Origin: an uncultured Oscillospiraceae bacterium
Lineage (GTDB): Bacteria > Bacillota > Clostridia > Christensenellales > CAG-138
Reading direction: 5' to 3'
Assembly (NCBI GenBank): GCA_964461335.1
Contig: CAYWTY010000002.1
Coordinates: forward strand, 1,558 to 65,557
DNA: 64,000 nucleotides
Under the pieces are notes generated by a model. It searched no databases, was not told where the DNA came from, and saw nothing but the letters and a program-made list of their open reading frames with translations. Made by a program: the position numbers and the translations under genes. The first letter of the stretch is position 1. Every line of letters begins with the position of its first letter. Of the stretch, positions 46,166 through 53,666 are shown piece by piece.

Positions 46166-47280
46166 TTTGCAAACACCTCCGCTGCCATATCTTTAAGCTG
46201 CCTGCCTAAAAGGCTGCGCGGCTCCTCAAGCACAATTGGTCTTCCTATGCACTGAGAGCGGTCTGCAAGTTTATCATCGCGTGTAAGTATAAACTCCGGT
46301 TTTGTGCCTAAAACACGCTCAACATCTTTTAGCGAAAGGAATGCCTTGCAGTCTTTATTGTAAATATAGCCGACCTTTTCGCGAAGCTGCAGCGATGTAA
46401 GCACAGTTGTTGCAAGGTGCGCTGCGCGTATGCTTGCAAGGTCGGGCTGCAAGACTATGTAAATCTGGTTGCTGTTTTCAAGCGCTGTAATTGTCGTATC
46501 TGTAAAGTTTGCTGGTAAATCCATAAAAATGCAGTCAAAAAACGGGCGCATTACAGAAAGTACGCTTTCAATATGGCGGCCTTCCACATATTCGCCGCTA
46601 TCCGGCGTATTAGGCCCAGCAAGCACAGTAAGCCCTGAGTAATGCTGCACAGTAAAGCCGCGCAGCACATCCATAGTTAGGTTTGCGCGCTCCTGCGCAA
46701 GCTCTGCAATTGTGTCCTTTGCTTGAATATCCAAATAAAGCGCTGTACACGCATAATCAAGGTTTAAGTCTAATAGCGCAACCTTTTTACCCTGTTTTGC
46801 AAGCGCAGCAGCCATATTTACTGCAAGCGTTGTTTTGCCTGTGCCGCCCTTGCCCGAGTATATGCTTATTACGCGCGTTTTCCCTGGCGAGGCTTCCCTG
46901 CCTCCTGGCCGCGCCTGCTCAAGCGCACCTGCGCGGCGCACTGTATCAAGCACAGATGCACCACCCTCTTCAAACGAAGCAAGCAGCCGAATGCCGGAGT
47001 TTAGCGCTTCTTTTGCAAGCTCAAGGTTCAGCTCCTCGCTAAGGAGCACAATTGCGCAGCCCTCTACGCTTTGATAAATCCTCTGCGCTATATCGTATGT
47101 AGCAGGGGACTCATAGCAAATAAGCGCAACATCCGGCAAAAGCCCCTGCGCTTTTTGCACAGCTAAAGGTGATACATCGCTGTAACCCACAATCGCTATA
47201 TCGCTTGCATCGAGGATTCCCTTTATTTTGTAGCGCAATGTCTTATCGCTGCTTAATACGAGCACCTTAAGCTTTTCCAT
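46162..47280 (-). CDS. TadZ/CpaE-like protein (receiver-like N-domain plus ParA/MinD ATPase)
   Basis: Deviant Walker A SGKGGTGKTTLA. The N-terminal CheY-like fold begins KVLVLSSD. Start at the ATG at 47280 (RBS aaggaga). Confidence 0.7.
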   Translation of the reverse strand: MEKLKVLVLSSDKTLRYKIKGILDASDIAIVGYSDVSPLAVQKAQGLLPDVALICYESPATYDIAQRIYQSVEGCAIVLLSEELNLELAKEALNSGIRLLASFEEGGASVLDTVRRAGALEQARPGGREASPGKTRVISIYSGKGGTGKTTLAVNMAAALAKQGKKVALLDLNLDYACTALYLDIQAKDTIAELAQERANLTMDVLRGFTVQHYSGLTVLAGPNTPDSGEYVEGRHIESVLSVMRPFFDCIFMDLPANFTDTTITALENSNQIYIVLQPDLASIRAAHLATTVLTSLQLREKVGYIYNKDCKAFLSLKDVERVLGTKPEFILTRDDKLADRSQCIGRPIVLEEPRSLLGRQLKDMAAEVFAK

Positions 47281-47290
47281 GCGTTTCTCC

Positions 47291-48031
47291 TTATCGGCCA
47301 AGTACAGGCAGAGGTATGAACAGTTCCGAAGGGCCTGCGCTTGTATCGCTTGGGTTTCTAAGCGTGAAATAAATATGCGCTCCGCTTGTTATAGCGTAGT
47401 GGAGCGCAAGTGCGTCATCAGCATTAAGGCTAAGCGTAATTAAGCCATAGCCTGTTACCTGCTGGCCTGAAATGTTCGCTGAAAGCGGGCCAAGTTCAAG
47501 CACACGCACGCGTTCTATTAAAAGGCCTGAAGCATAGGTTTTTGTTATTTCCTTTGTGCCGTCAGGCGCTTCTTCTTCATCGTAAATTGTATACGCGCAC
47601 ATAATATCCACAAAGTCGCTCTTAGAGATATAGCCGCCAACACCTGCAGCTTCATCAATTGAGAGCGTAATAGCGCGCATTCCCTCCTCAACAACATACG
47701 AAAGCTGCCCGCCTTGGCTGCCGCTTGTAATGTCGCTAAGCTGCTCATGCGAAAGCTGCTGGCCAAGGGGCAGGTAGTAGCGGCTTATTTTGCCAACTGC
47801 ATCATTAAGCGATGTAATTGCATTTGGCGCAACCCACTCAAGCGCAGTTTCTTTAAGTGCAACCATATCAGAAGTAATAACCATGTTTTCGCCAATTGGC
47901 ACAGCTGCTACAACAACCTGACCCATGGGTGTAATTACAGTTGCCTTCTTTTCAAGCGCTGAAGCGAAAAAATAGGCTGCTACGCCTGTTAAAACTGCGA
48001 AAATAGCTGCGAGTATATAAATCTTCTTCAT
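47291..48031 (-). CDS. cpaB: Flp pilus assembly protein CpaB (SAF domain)
   Basis: N-terminal TM plus a SAF/RcpC-like body. Position in the locus. Confidence 0.7.
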   Translation of the reverse strand: MKKIYILAAIFAVLTGVAAYFFASALEKKATVITPMGQVVVAAVPIGENMVITSDMVALKETALEWVAPNAITSLNDAVGKISRYYLPLGQQLSHEQLSDITSGSQGGQLSYVVEEGMRAITLSIDEAAGVGGYISKSDFVDIMCAYTIYDEEEAPDGTKEITKTYASGLLIERVRVLELGPLSANISGQQVTGYGLITLSLNADDALALHYAITSGAHIYFTLRNPSDTSAGPSELFIPLPVLGR

Positions 48032-48118
48032 TAAGCCCGCCTTTCATGTGGATGTTTTCGGCGTATAATTAAGGTAATATGTAAAGCATGTTTGCGTATC
48101 TTCAAAAAATAAAAACAC

Positions 48119-48514
48119 TCAGGCAATTTTCATTTGCGTAAAGGCGCTTAGGCTGTACATGCCGCCTTGTGCATTAGTAAAAAGCGATGCAATTGGCGTT
48201 AGAGTTGGCACACTTTTATTTACTGTAACTTTTATGTCGTCACCTATAAGGCTTACAAGCACATCCGTTGCTCCAGGGCCTTTGATCATATTTTGAACAA
48301 GCACTTCAACATCTATTGTAAGCGTTGCTGACTCGCTATTTACAATTGCGTAGCGCGCACCTTCGCGGCTCCCGTTTTCAATGCTCATTTGGTTGTAAAA
48401 ATACCAGCCAAACTCCATAATGCCAAAAAGCAGCAGCAAAAGCACAGGCAGCGAAACCGCAAGCTCAACAAGCGCTTGGCCGCTTTCAAAATGTGCATTC
48501 TGCCGCTTTTTCAT
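48119..48514 (-). CDS. TadE-like pseudopilin
   Basis: ESGQALVELAVSLPVLLLLLFGIMEFGWYF is a TadE/G N-terminal motif. Start at the ATG at 48514 (RBS ggagg). Confidence 0.7.
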   Translation of the reverse strand: MKKRQNAHFESGQALVELAVSLPVLLLLLFGIMEFGWYFYNQMSIENGSREGARYAIVNSESATLTIDVEVLVQNMIKGPGATDVLVSLIGDDIKVTVNKSVPTLTPIASLFTNAQGGMYSLSAFTQMKIA

Positions 48515-48528
48515 TTTGCCTCCGTTTT

Positions 48529-48559
48529 GCATATCCGCCCGCTTAGCGGGCGGATATGC
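48529..48559 (-). other. 14-bp perfect stem-loop between flp and tadE
   Basis: gcatatccgcccgc-tta-gcgggcggatatgc. No U-tract follows on the coding (minus) strand. Confidence 0.5.
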
Positions 48560-48612
48560 ATGTGTAGGAAGGGTTGTATTAACTTTGTTGTGAATTGCTC
48601 TGTTCGCACATA

Positions 48613-48786
48613 TTATGGGGCAGGCACTACAAGCTTGTCACTGGCTGCTGTGAACAGGGCGGAAATCTTCGGCCCTAAAAGAACCAAGGCCCCAATTGCA
48701 GCTATTGCGACAAGTGCGAGTATAAGCCCGTATTCGACCATGCCTTGGCCGTTTTCATCCTTTAGGATGTCCATGAACTTTTTCAT
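48613..48786 (-). CDS. flp: Flp/Fap family pilin (57 aa, missing from ORF track)
   Basis: MKKFMDILKDENGQGMVEYGLILALVAIAAIGALVLLGPKISALFTAASDKLVVPAP. It has the Flp processing motif G-xxxx-EY followed by a hydrophobic helix. RBS aaaggagaaa. Confidence 0.85.
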   Translation of the reverse strand: MKKFMDILKDENGQGMVEYGLILALVAIAAIGALVLLGPKISALFTAASDKLVVPAP

Positions 48787-48798
48787 ATTATTTCTCCT

Positions 48799-49455
48799 TT
48801 AAAATTTAAAGTTTAGCATTGTTTCAAGCAGCGGGAAGACCATAGCTGAAGCTGCACCTAACGAAATGTACGGCCCCATTGCTGCAAGCGACTTCCGTGT
48901 GCCCTTTTTGTGGATGTAAAGGTAAACTAAATGTCCGACCATTGCAACCCCCATAACAAGCATGATTTGCAAAAGCCCGATTAACCCGAAGCAGAAGCCT
49001 AAAATTATAGCGTATTTAACATCCCCCCAGCCAATGTTTAGGCCAAATTTTGAGGGGAGGATAAACACAGCGCCTGCAGCTAATGCGCCAAGCAGGCTTG
49101 AAGTAAGCTCCCACCCTGCGCTTGCAGTCTTATATAGCGCAAATACTAAGAGCATTGCAAGAAGCAGCTCATTTGGGATGCGCCTAATAAGAAGGTCAAC
49201 TGCGCTTAAGGCGAGCATTAGCTCAAAAAGCAATAGTGCAAAAAGCACGCTAAGCGCACCTTGAGGCAGAAGAAGCAGAGAGATTAACATAAAGGCAGCG
49301 GAATTTAGCGCGCACCAGCCGTATACAGCGTATTTCGCGCTTATAAGCGGGCTTGTAGAGGGCGCCTCAACGCGCTTTGCAATGAGCGTTCGCGTTAAGT
49401 TTAGCATGGGTACGCCTAAGAGGGCGCCTGCAAGTGCTGCTATGGGTATCCACAT
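48799..49455 (-). CDS. A24-family prepilin peptidase (TadV/CpaA-like)
   Basis: Polytopic, with the GWGDVKY aspartyl motif. Start at the ATG at 49455 (MWIPIAALAG, RBS ggagga). Confidence 0.8.
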   Translation of the reverse strand: MWIPIAALAGALLGVPMLNLTRTLIAKRVEAPSTSPLISAKYAVYGWCALNSAAFMLISLLLLPQGALSVLFALLLFELMLALSAVDLLIRRIPNELLLAMLLVFALYKTASAGWELTSSLLGALAAGAVFILPSKFGLNIGWGDVKYAIILGFCFGLIGLLQIMLVMGVAMVGHLVYLYIHKKGTRKSLAAMGPYISLGAASAMVFPLLETMLNFKF

Positions 49456-49595
49456 AAATCCTCCGAGCGTAGTACTTTGCCCCAAAAGGGGCATGTCGTG
49501 ACGCTTCACCGAATGCCGGCTAATTCGTCTACGCTGCATCTTTTGATGCGGCAGATACTTTGCTCTGCCATATTCGTAAACAAAAGCAGCTCAAT

Positions 49596-49678
49596 CCGGC
49601 GGCTGGCTGCCGTGGGCTTATCGCCTTTAGGCCCTTTAGCTTTGCGTGAGCAGCCTTTCGGCTGCCTTGCCCTTTTCA
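49596..49678 (-). promoter_or_regulatory. c-di-GMP-I (GEMM-I)-like riboswitch aptamer, copy A
   Basis: Minus strand: AAGGGCAAGGCAGCCGAAAGGCUGCUCACGCAAAGCUAAAGGGCCUAAAGGCGAUAAGCCCACGGCAGCCAGCCGCC. It carries the GGCAA / GAAA-capped hairpin / ACGCAAAGC / GGCCUAAA / AGCCAG signature. Confidence 0.65.
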
Positions 49679-49882
49679 ATTAAGAGATACTTTTGTAAGC
49701 GCTTCATAGTTTTCTATGCGGTGCTTACCGGGAACTTAGGTATTTGCTAAAAATTGGCTGTACGCAAACTGCTCTTTTGCAGCGAAGCATATTTTAAAAC
49801 CACCTCCAACAATGTATTGCCTGCGCACAAGATTGCGCCTTACTATTAGTTTCGTGCAAATTGCGCGAAAGTTAATACAGCC

Positions 49883-51295
49883 TTAGCGAATAAGCTTAAC
49901 TCGCTCAACAAGCTCATTCCCCATAAAGTCCGGTTCCCCCTCAAGCGGGAAGATTGAGACTTTCCCCGGGATTGTAACCTGTTTGCCGATTATATGCCCA
50001 TAATACGAGCCGCCGTAGCCTTGCCATGTAATCTTTCCATTAGGCGCAAACAGCACGCCCCTGCCTGTTTGGTATTTTATATCGATGTTGCCGTTTGCCG
50101 AAACAACACAAATCATATCTCCTGCATTTAGGTTTGCCTCATAGCTGTTGAATGCAATATTCCCTTTGGCAAATAAATTCCCCTTGCCATGAGCAGCAGC
50201 GCCTGAGGTAAGCGAACCTCCGGCAAATATATTGCACCCGTCTAAGGTGCAGGTATAGCCTGAAATCGCTATATTTCCGCCTGCGTAAATGCTCCCCTTG
50301 CTTATAAAGGCGTTCCCAAGGCTAATATCATTTAGCGCGTAAATTATGCCGTCATTGTCTATATAGCTGCCTACAAATGTAATGCTCCCGCCTGAAAACA
50401 CATTGCCCTTGCCCCTGAAGCTGTTCCCAAACGAAATGTCGCCTGTTGCGTAAATTGTGCCGTTTAGCTCACAAACAGGTGCTGTGCCCTGTATTTTAAG
50501 GTTCCCGTCAACATAGAGGTTGCCGTTTACAGTAGTTTCGTTTGTGAAGGTGCAGCTGCCTGTTATATAGGTATTGCCTGTAAAAACCTGCTTAACGCCT
50601 GGCACAATATCTGCGGGGTTAAGCACTGTATATGTCGCAAGGTCGCCTGGAAGCTTGGGCTGGCTTGGCTTAAGATTCTGCTCGATTTTGTTTATATCCG
50701 GCATTTCCTCCTTTGGAGCGCTGCCAGAAACGCCGCCTAAAACCTTATAGCTGTTGTGAATTGTGGCTGTATGTACTGCGCTTGCTCTGCCTCTAATTGT
50801 GCTGTAACCTGCAGGGTGCCAAGAAGACGAGAAGTTAAGCGAGCCGTTTGCGTGAACATTGCCCCAAATATTTAGCGGGTCGCTTGATTTTAGCGTAAAG
50901 CCAGCATCATCTGTAAAAAGCAGGTAGTCAAACGAAAAGCCGTTGCTTGAAAATGTTTTTTCTGCGCTTGCAAGTGCATTAACTGAATTTTCCTTCCTGC
51001 CGAATACGCTTGAAAACCCGGCGCCTACTGCCTTTGTGCCTGAAGCTGTAATAACCATGTTGTTGTTTTCAAAGTCAAACTCCACCCCGTCTGCACTAAA
51101 GCCGTTTGCATTTAGGTATTTTTCCGCTTCAAGGCGCGCAAGCCCTGTATCAGGCAGGAGCGTAGCCCCTGCAAGCACGCTTGCATCAAGCGCTGTCTGC
51201 AGGCGCGTGTTTTCAAGGTAGAGCATGCTCATATCAATAGCGAGCGCGCCAAACCCCAAAAGAACTGCCATTGCTACTGCTATTACAACTATCAT
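49883..51295 (-). CDS. TadG-like pilus-associated protein with C-terminal beta-helix-type repeats
   Basis: N-terminus IAVAMAVLLGFGALAIDMSMLYLENTRLQTALDASVLAGA is a Tad/TadG N-terminal motif. The C-terminal half has three ~33-aa G-N-I/G-D-I repeats (IYATGDISFGNSF.., IYALNDISLGNAF.., IFAGGSLTSGAAA..). Confidence 0.65.
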   Translation of the reverse strand: MIVVIAVAMAVLLGFGALAIDMSMLYLENTRLQTALDASVLAGATLLPDTGLARLEAEKYLNANGFSADGVEFDFENNNMVITASGTKAVGAGFSSVFGRKENSVNALASAEKTFSSNGFSFDYLLFTDDAGFTLKSSDPLNIWGNVHANGSLNFSSSWHPAGYSTIRGRASAVHTATIHNSYKVLGGVSGSAPKEEMPDINKIEQNLKPSQPKLPGDLATYTVLNPADIVPGVKQVFTGNTYITGSCTFTNETTVNGNLYVDGNLKIQGTAPVCELNGTIYATGDISFGNSFRGKGNVFSGGSITFVGSYIDNDGIIYALNDISLGNAFISKGSIYAGGNIAISGYTCTLDGCNIFAGGSLTSGAAAHGKGNLFAKGNIAFNSYEANLNAGDMICVVSANGNIDIKYQTGRGVLFAPNGKITWQGYGGSYYGHIIGKQVTIPGKVSIFPLEGEPDFMGNELVERVKLIR

Positions 51296-51327
51296 GCGCC
51301 TCTCCTAAAAATAAGAGATTCCAGAGA

Positions 51328-51357
51328 AACAAAAAATCGCAGCTTCCCAGCTGCGAT
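51328..51357 (-). terminator. leader terminator (expression platform of riboswitch copy B)
   Basis: Minus strand: AUCGCAGCU-GGGA-AGCUGCGAU followed by U6, 35 nt upstream of the ATG at 51295. Confidence 0.7.
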
Positions 51358-51389
51358 AATAACGCATACGGCTTTTGCCGCTATTGCGG

Positions 51390-51470
51390 TACTGCAACTG
51401 GCTGCCTTTGGCTTTTGCCTTTAGGCCCTGTAGTTTTGCGCCACCGGCTTTCACCGGCTTTGCCCTTAAA
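51390..51470 (-). promoter_or_regulatory. c-di-GMP-I (GEMM-I)-like riboswitch aptamer, copy B
   Basis: Minus strand: AAGGGCAAAGCCGGUGAAAGCCGGUGGCGCAAAACUACAGGGCCUAAAGGCAAAAGCCAAAGGCAGCCAGUUGCAG. Confidence 0.7.
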
Positions 51471-51509
51471 ACCCTAAAATATTGCCATACATCATATGGA
51501 GTATTAAAT

Positions 51510-51538
51510 ATTATATATCAGTTGCATTTGTTTGTCAA
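51510..51538 (-). promoter_or_regulatory. consensus sigma-A promoter of the Tad locus leader
   Basis: Minus strand: TTGACA (51538-51533), 17 nt, TATAAT (51515-51510). Confidence 0.65.
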
Positions 51539-51622
51539 ACAGTTAATTTTGGGGAGTTGGATAGATTTTGCTTTGTTTGCAGAGTATGCTCTAAGTCTAA
51601 ACCTACGCTTAACTGCGTAGTT

Positions 51623-52564
51623 TTATATACGGTTAATTAAATAACCGTAACCTTCCTTTTCCATTTGCGCTTTTTCAATAAAGCGCAGCGAAGCCCCGTT
51701 TATGCAGTAGCGCAGCCCGCCATTAGGCCCATCAGCAAAGACATGGCCAAGGTGCGCACCTCCGGCTCTGCTTATGACCTCTGTGCGCTGCATTAAAAAC
51801 GAATTGTCCTCGCGCTCTTTTACTGTAAACGGGTCAATGGGCTTTGTAAAGCTCGGCCAGCCGCAGCCTGCATCGAATTTATCTTTTGAGGAAAAGAGCG
51901 GCTCGCCAGTTGTAATATCAACATATATGCCTTCTGAGTATTCTAAGTTGTATTCGCTTGAAAAGGGGGGTTCGGTTGCTTTATTAACTGTAACATCATA
52001 CTGCATTTTTGTAAGGCGCGCCTTTAGGGCATTATTATCTTCCTTTGGGTAAAATGCAGGGTCTACTGTTGCATTGGCTGCCTTTTTAATAAGCGTACGG
52101 CTTATATGGCAATAGCCTGTTGGGTTTTTATCAAGATAGTTCTGGTGGTAATCTTCTGCTATGTAAAAGTTTTGAAGCAGCCCATGTTCTATTGCAACTG
52201 CCCTGTTGAGTCTTTTCTCAAGGCTCATAAGTGCGCTTTCAACGACTTCCTTATCAGCCATAGATGCGTAGTAAACCCCTGAGCGATACTGTGTTCCAAC
52301 ATCCCCACCCTGCCGATTATGCGAAAACGGGTCAATGGATTCGAAAAAGAGCTCAAGCAAAAACGAGAGCTTTATGACATTTGGGTCATACTCTGCCCTT
52401 ACAGCCTCAACATGGCCTGTATTCTTGTAGCAAACATCCTCATATGTCGGGTTTTCAGTTTTGCCGTTTGCATAGCCGACCTCAGTAAAAAGCACCCCTG
52501 GTATTGCCGCTACATACTTTTGTGTGCCCCAGAAGCAGCCGCCTGCTAAGTAAATTTCTGCCAT
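51623..52564 (-). CDS. msrAB: bifunctional methionine sulfoxide reductase MsrA/MsrB
   Basis: MsrA GGCFWG at the N-terminus. MsrB GCGWPSF and RYCINGASL in the C-terminal half. Start at the ATG at 52564. Confidence 0.9.
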   Translation of the reverse strand: MAEIYLAGGCFWGTQKYVAAIPGVLFTEVGYANGKTENPTYEDVCYKNTGHVEAVRAEYDPNVIKLSFLLELFFESIDPFSHNRQGGDVGTQYRSGVYYASMADKEVVESALMSLEKRLNRAVAIEHGLLQNFYIAEDYHQNYLDKNPTGYCHISRTLIKKAANATVDPAFYPKEDNNALKARLTKMQYDVTVNKATEPPFSSEYNLEYSEGIYVDITTGEPLFSSKDKFDAGCGWPSFTKPIDPFTVKEREDNSFLMQRTEVISRAGGAHLGHVFADGPNGGLRYCINGASLRFIEKAQMEKEGYGYLINRI

Positions 52565-52706
52565 AGTCCACCCCCTTGTGCTCTTATGTCGAGTATACCC
52601 GCGGCTTTCTGCCATAGTCAATATTTTACTAAAAGTTGTCTCCTTAAAGCTGCTGTGCTAAAATATTTGTTGTGGCTATTAATAAATAATATTGAGGTAA
52701 CAGGTA

Positions 52707-53438
52707 ATGAAAAGAATTTTTGCGCTGCTTCTTGCATGCGCTTTAGTATTTACCCTTGCCCCCTTTGCATCAGCAAGCGAGCAAAAAAGGTATGAGGCAT
52801 ACGCAGCTAAGTTCCCTAAGCTTAGCGCAAATGAAGTTGAAACTGCTATAAAGCTAAGGCTTGATGAAGAAAACTACAAAAACCCTGTGCTTTGTTTGGA
52901 TGCTTCAAGTACGAGTGTTTTTGTAAGCAAGCACTTTTGCCTCCCAAAAGGATATAAGAGCGAAAACTTAGTTTATGTGGATAAGCAATATGCTAGAAAA
53001 GGGGTGCGGCTTAGGGAGGATTGCCTAAACGCCTTTTTGACAATGGCGCTTGATATGCAAAAGGAAGGGCTTTCTCCATATATAAAATCAGGTTACAGGG
53101 TAAACAGAAAGCGCGGCGGCCCCGACAATATCTGGTATGCGTGGCCTGGGCATTCCGAACACCAAACAGGGCTTGCGTTTGACTTGTGCTTAAAAGGGCC
53201 TAAGAAAAAGACGCTTTCAGCCTATAAATACCAAACAACGAAAGAATACGACTGGCTTTGCAAAAACGCCTATAAATACGGCTTTATTCTAAGCTACCCA
53301 GAGGGGAAGACTGAAATTACAGGCTTTGCGTTTGAGCCGTGGCATTGGCGCTATGTTGGGGCAAATATAGCAACCGATATGAAGCAAAATGGGTTTTCTA
53401 CATTCCACGAATACTGGGCGAAATATTTATGTGACTAA
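52707..53438 (+). CDS. M15B (VanY-type) D-alanyl-D-alanine carboxypeptidase
   Basis: Signal peptide, then SGYR, HSEHQTGLAFD and EPWHWRYVG zinc-peptidase motifs. Confidence 0.8.
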   Translation: MKRIFALLLACALVFTLAPFASASEQKRYEAYAAKFPKLSANEVETAIKLRLDEENYKNPVLCLDASSTSVFVSKHFCLPKGYKSENLVYVDKQYARKGVRLREDCLNAFLTMALDMQKEGLSPYIKSGYRVNRKRGGPDNIWYAWPGHSEHQTGLAFDLCLKGPKKKTLSAYKYQTTKEYDWLCKNAYKYGFILSYPEGKTEITGFAFEPWHWRYVGANIATDMKQNGFSTFHEYWAKYLCD

Positions 53439-53666
53439 ACCCTGTTTTTAGACACAGCCGCATACAGCAAATAAGCTATTGCAATAACAGGCGTTTGCTT
53501 ATGGGAACGCATGCTTTTTTATGCATAAGCTTGTTCTTGGTTGCAAATTAGATATATTTCTTTTGTTTGCGCTGTTATATTTCTCCTTTTTGGGTTTACT
53601 ATATCCATATAGGAATAGTAGGTATTCCCATGAGCATTTTGCTCAATTCGAAAGGAGAGAAATACT

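Noticed and set aside
48389-48802. 137-aa plus-strand ORF.
   Set aside because: It is antisense to the tadE start and to the Flp pilin gene, which has a canonical G-xxxx-EY motif and an RBS on the minus strand.
53439-53666. Possible c-di-GMP riboswitch upstream of the Gly/Pro surface protein.
   Set aside because: It lacks the GGCAAA...CGCAAAGC...CCUAAA signature seen in the two Tad leaders. Only a short palindrome (ggaata-gtagg-tattcc) is present.
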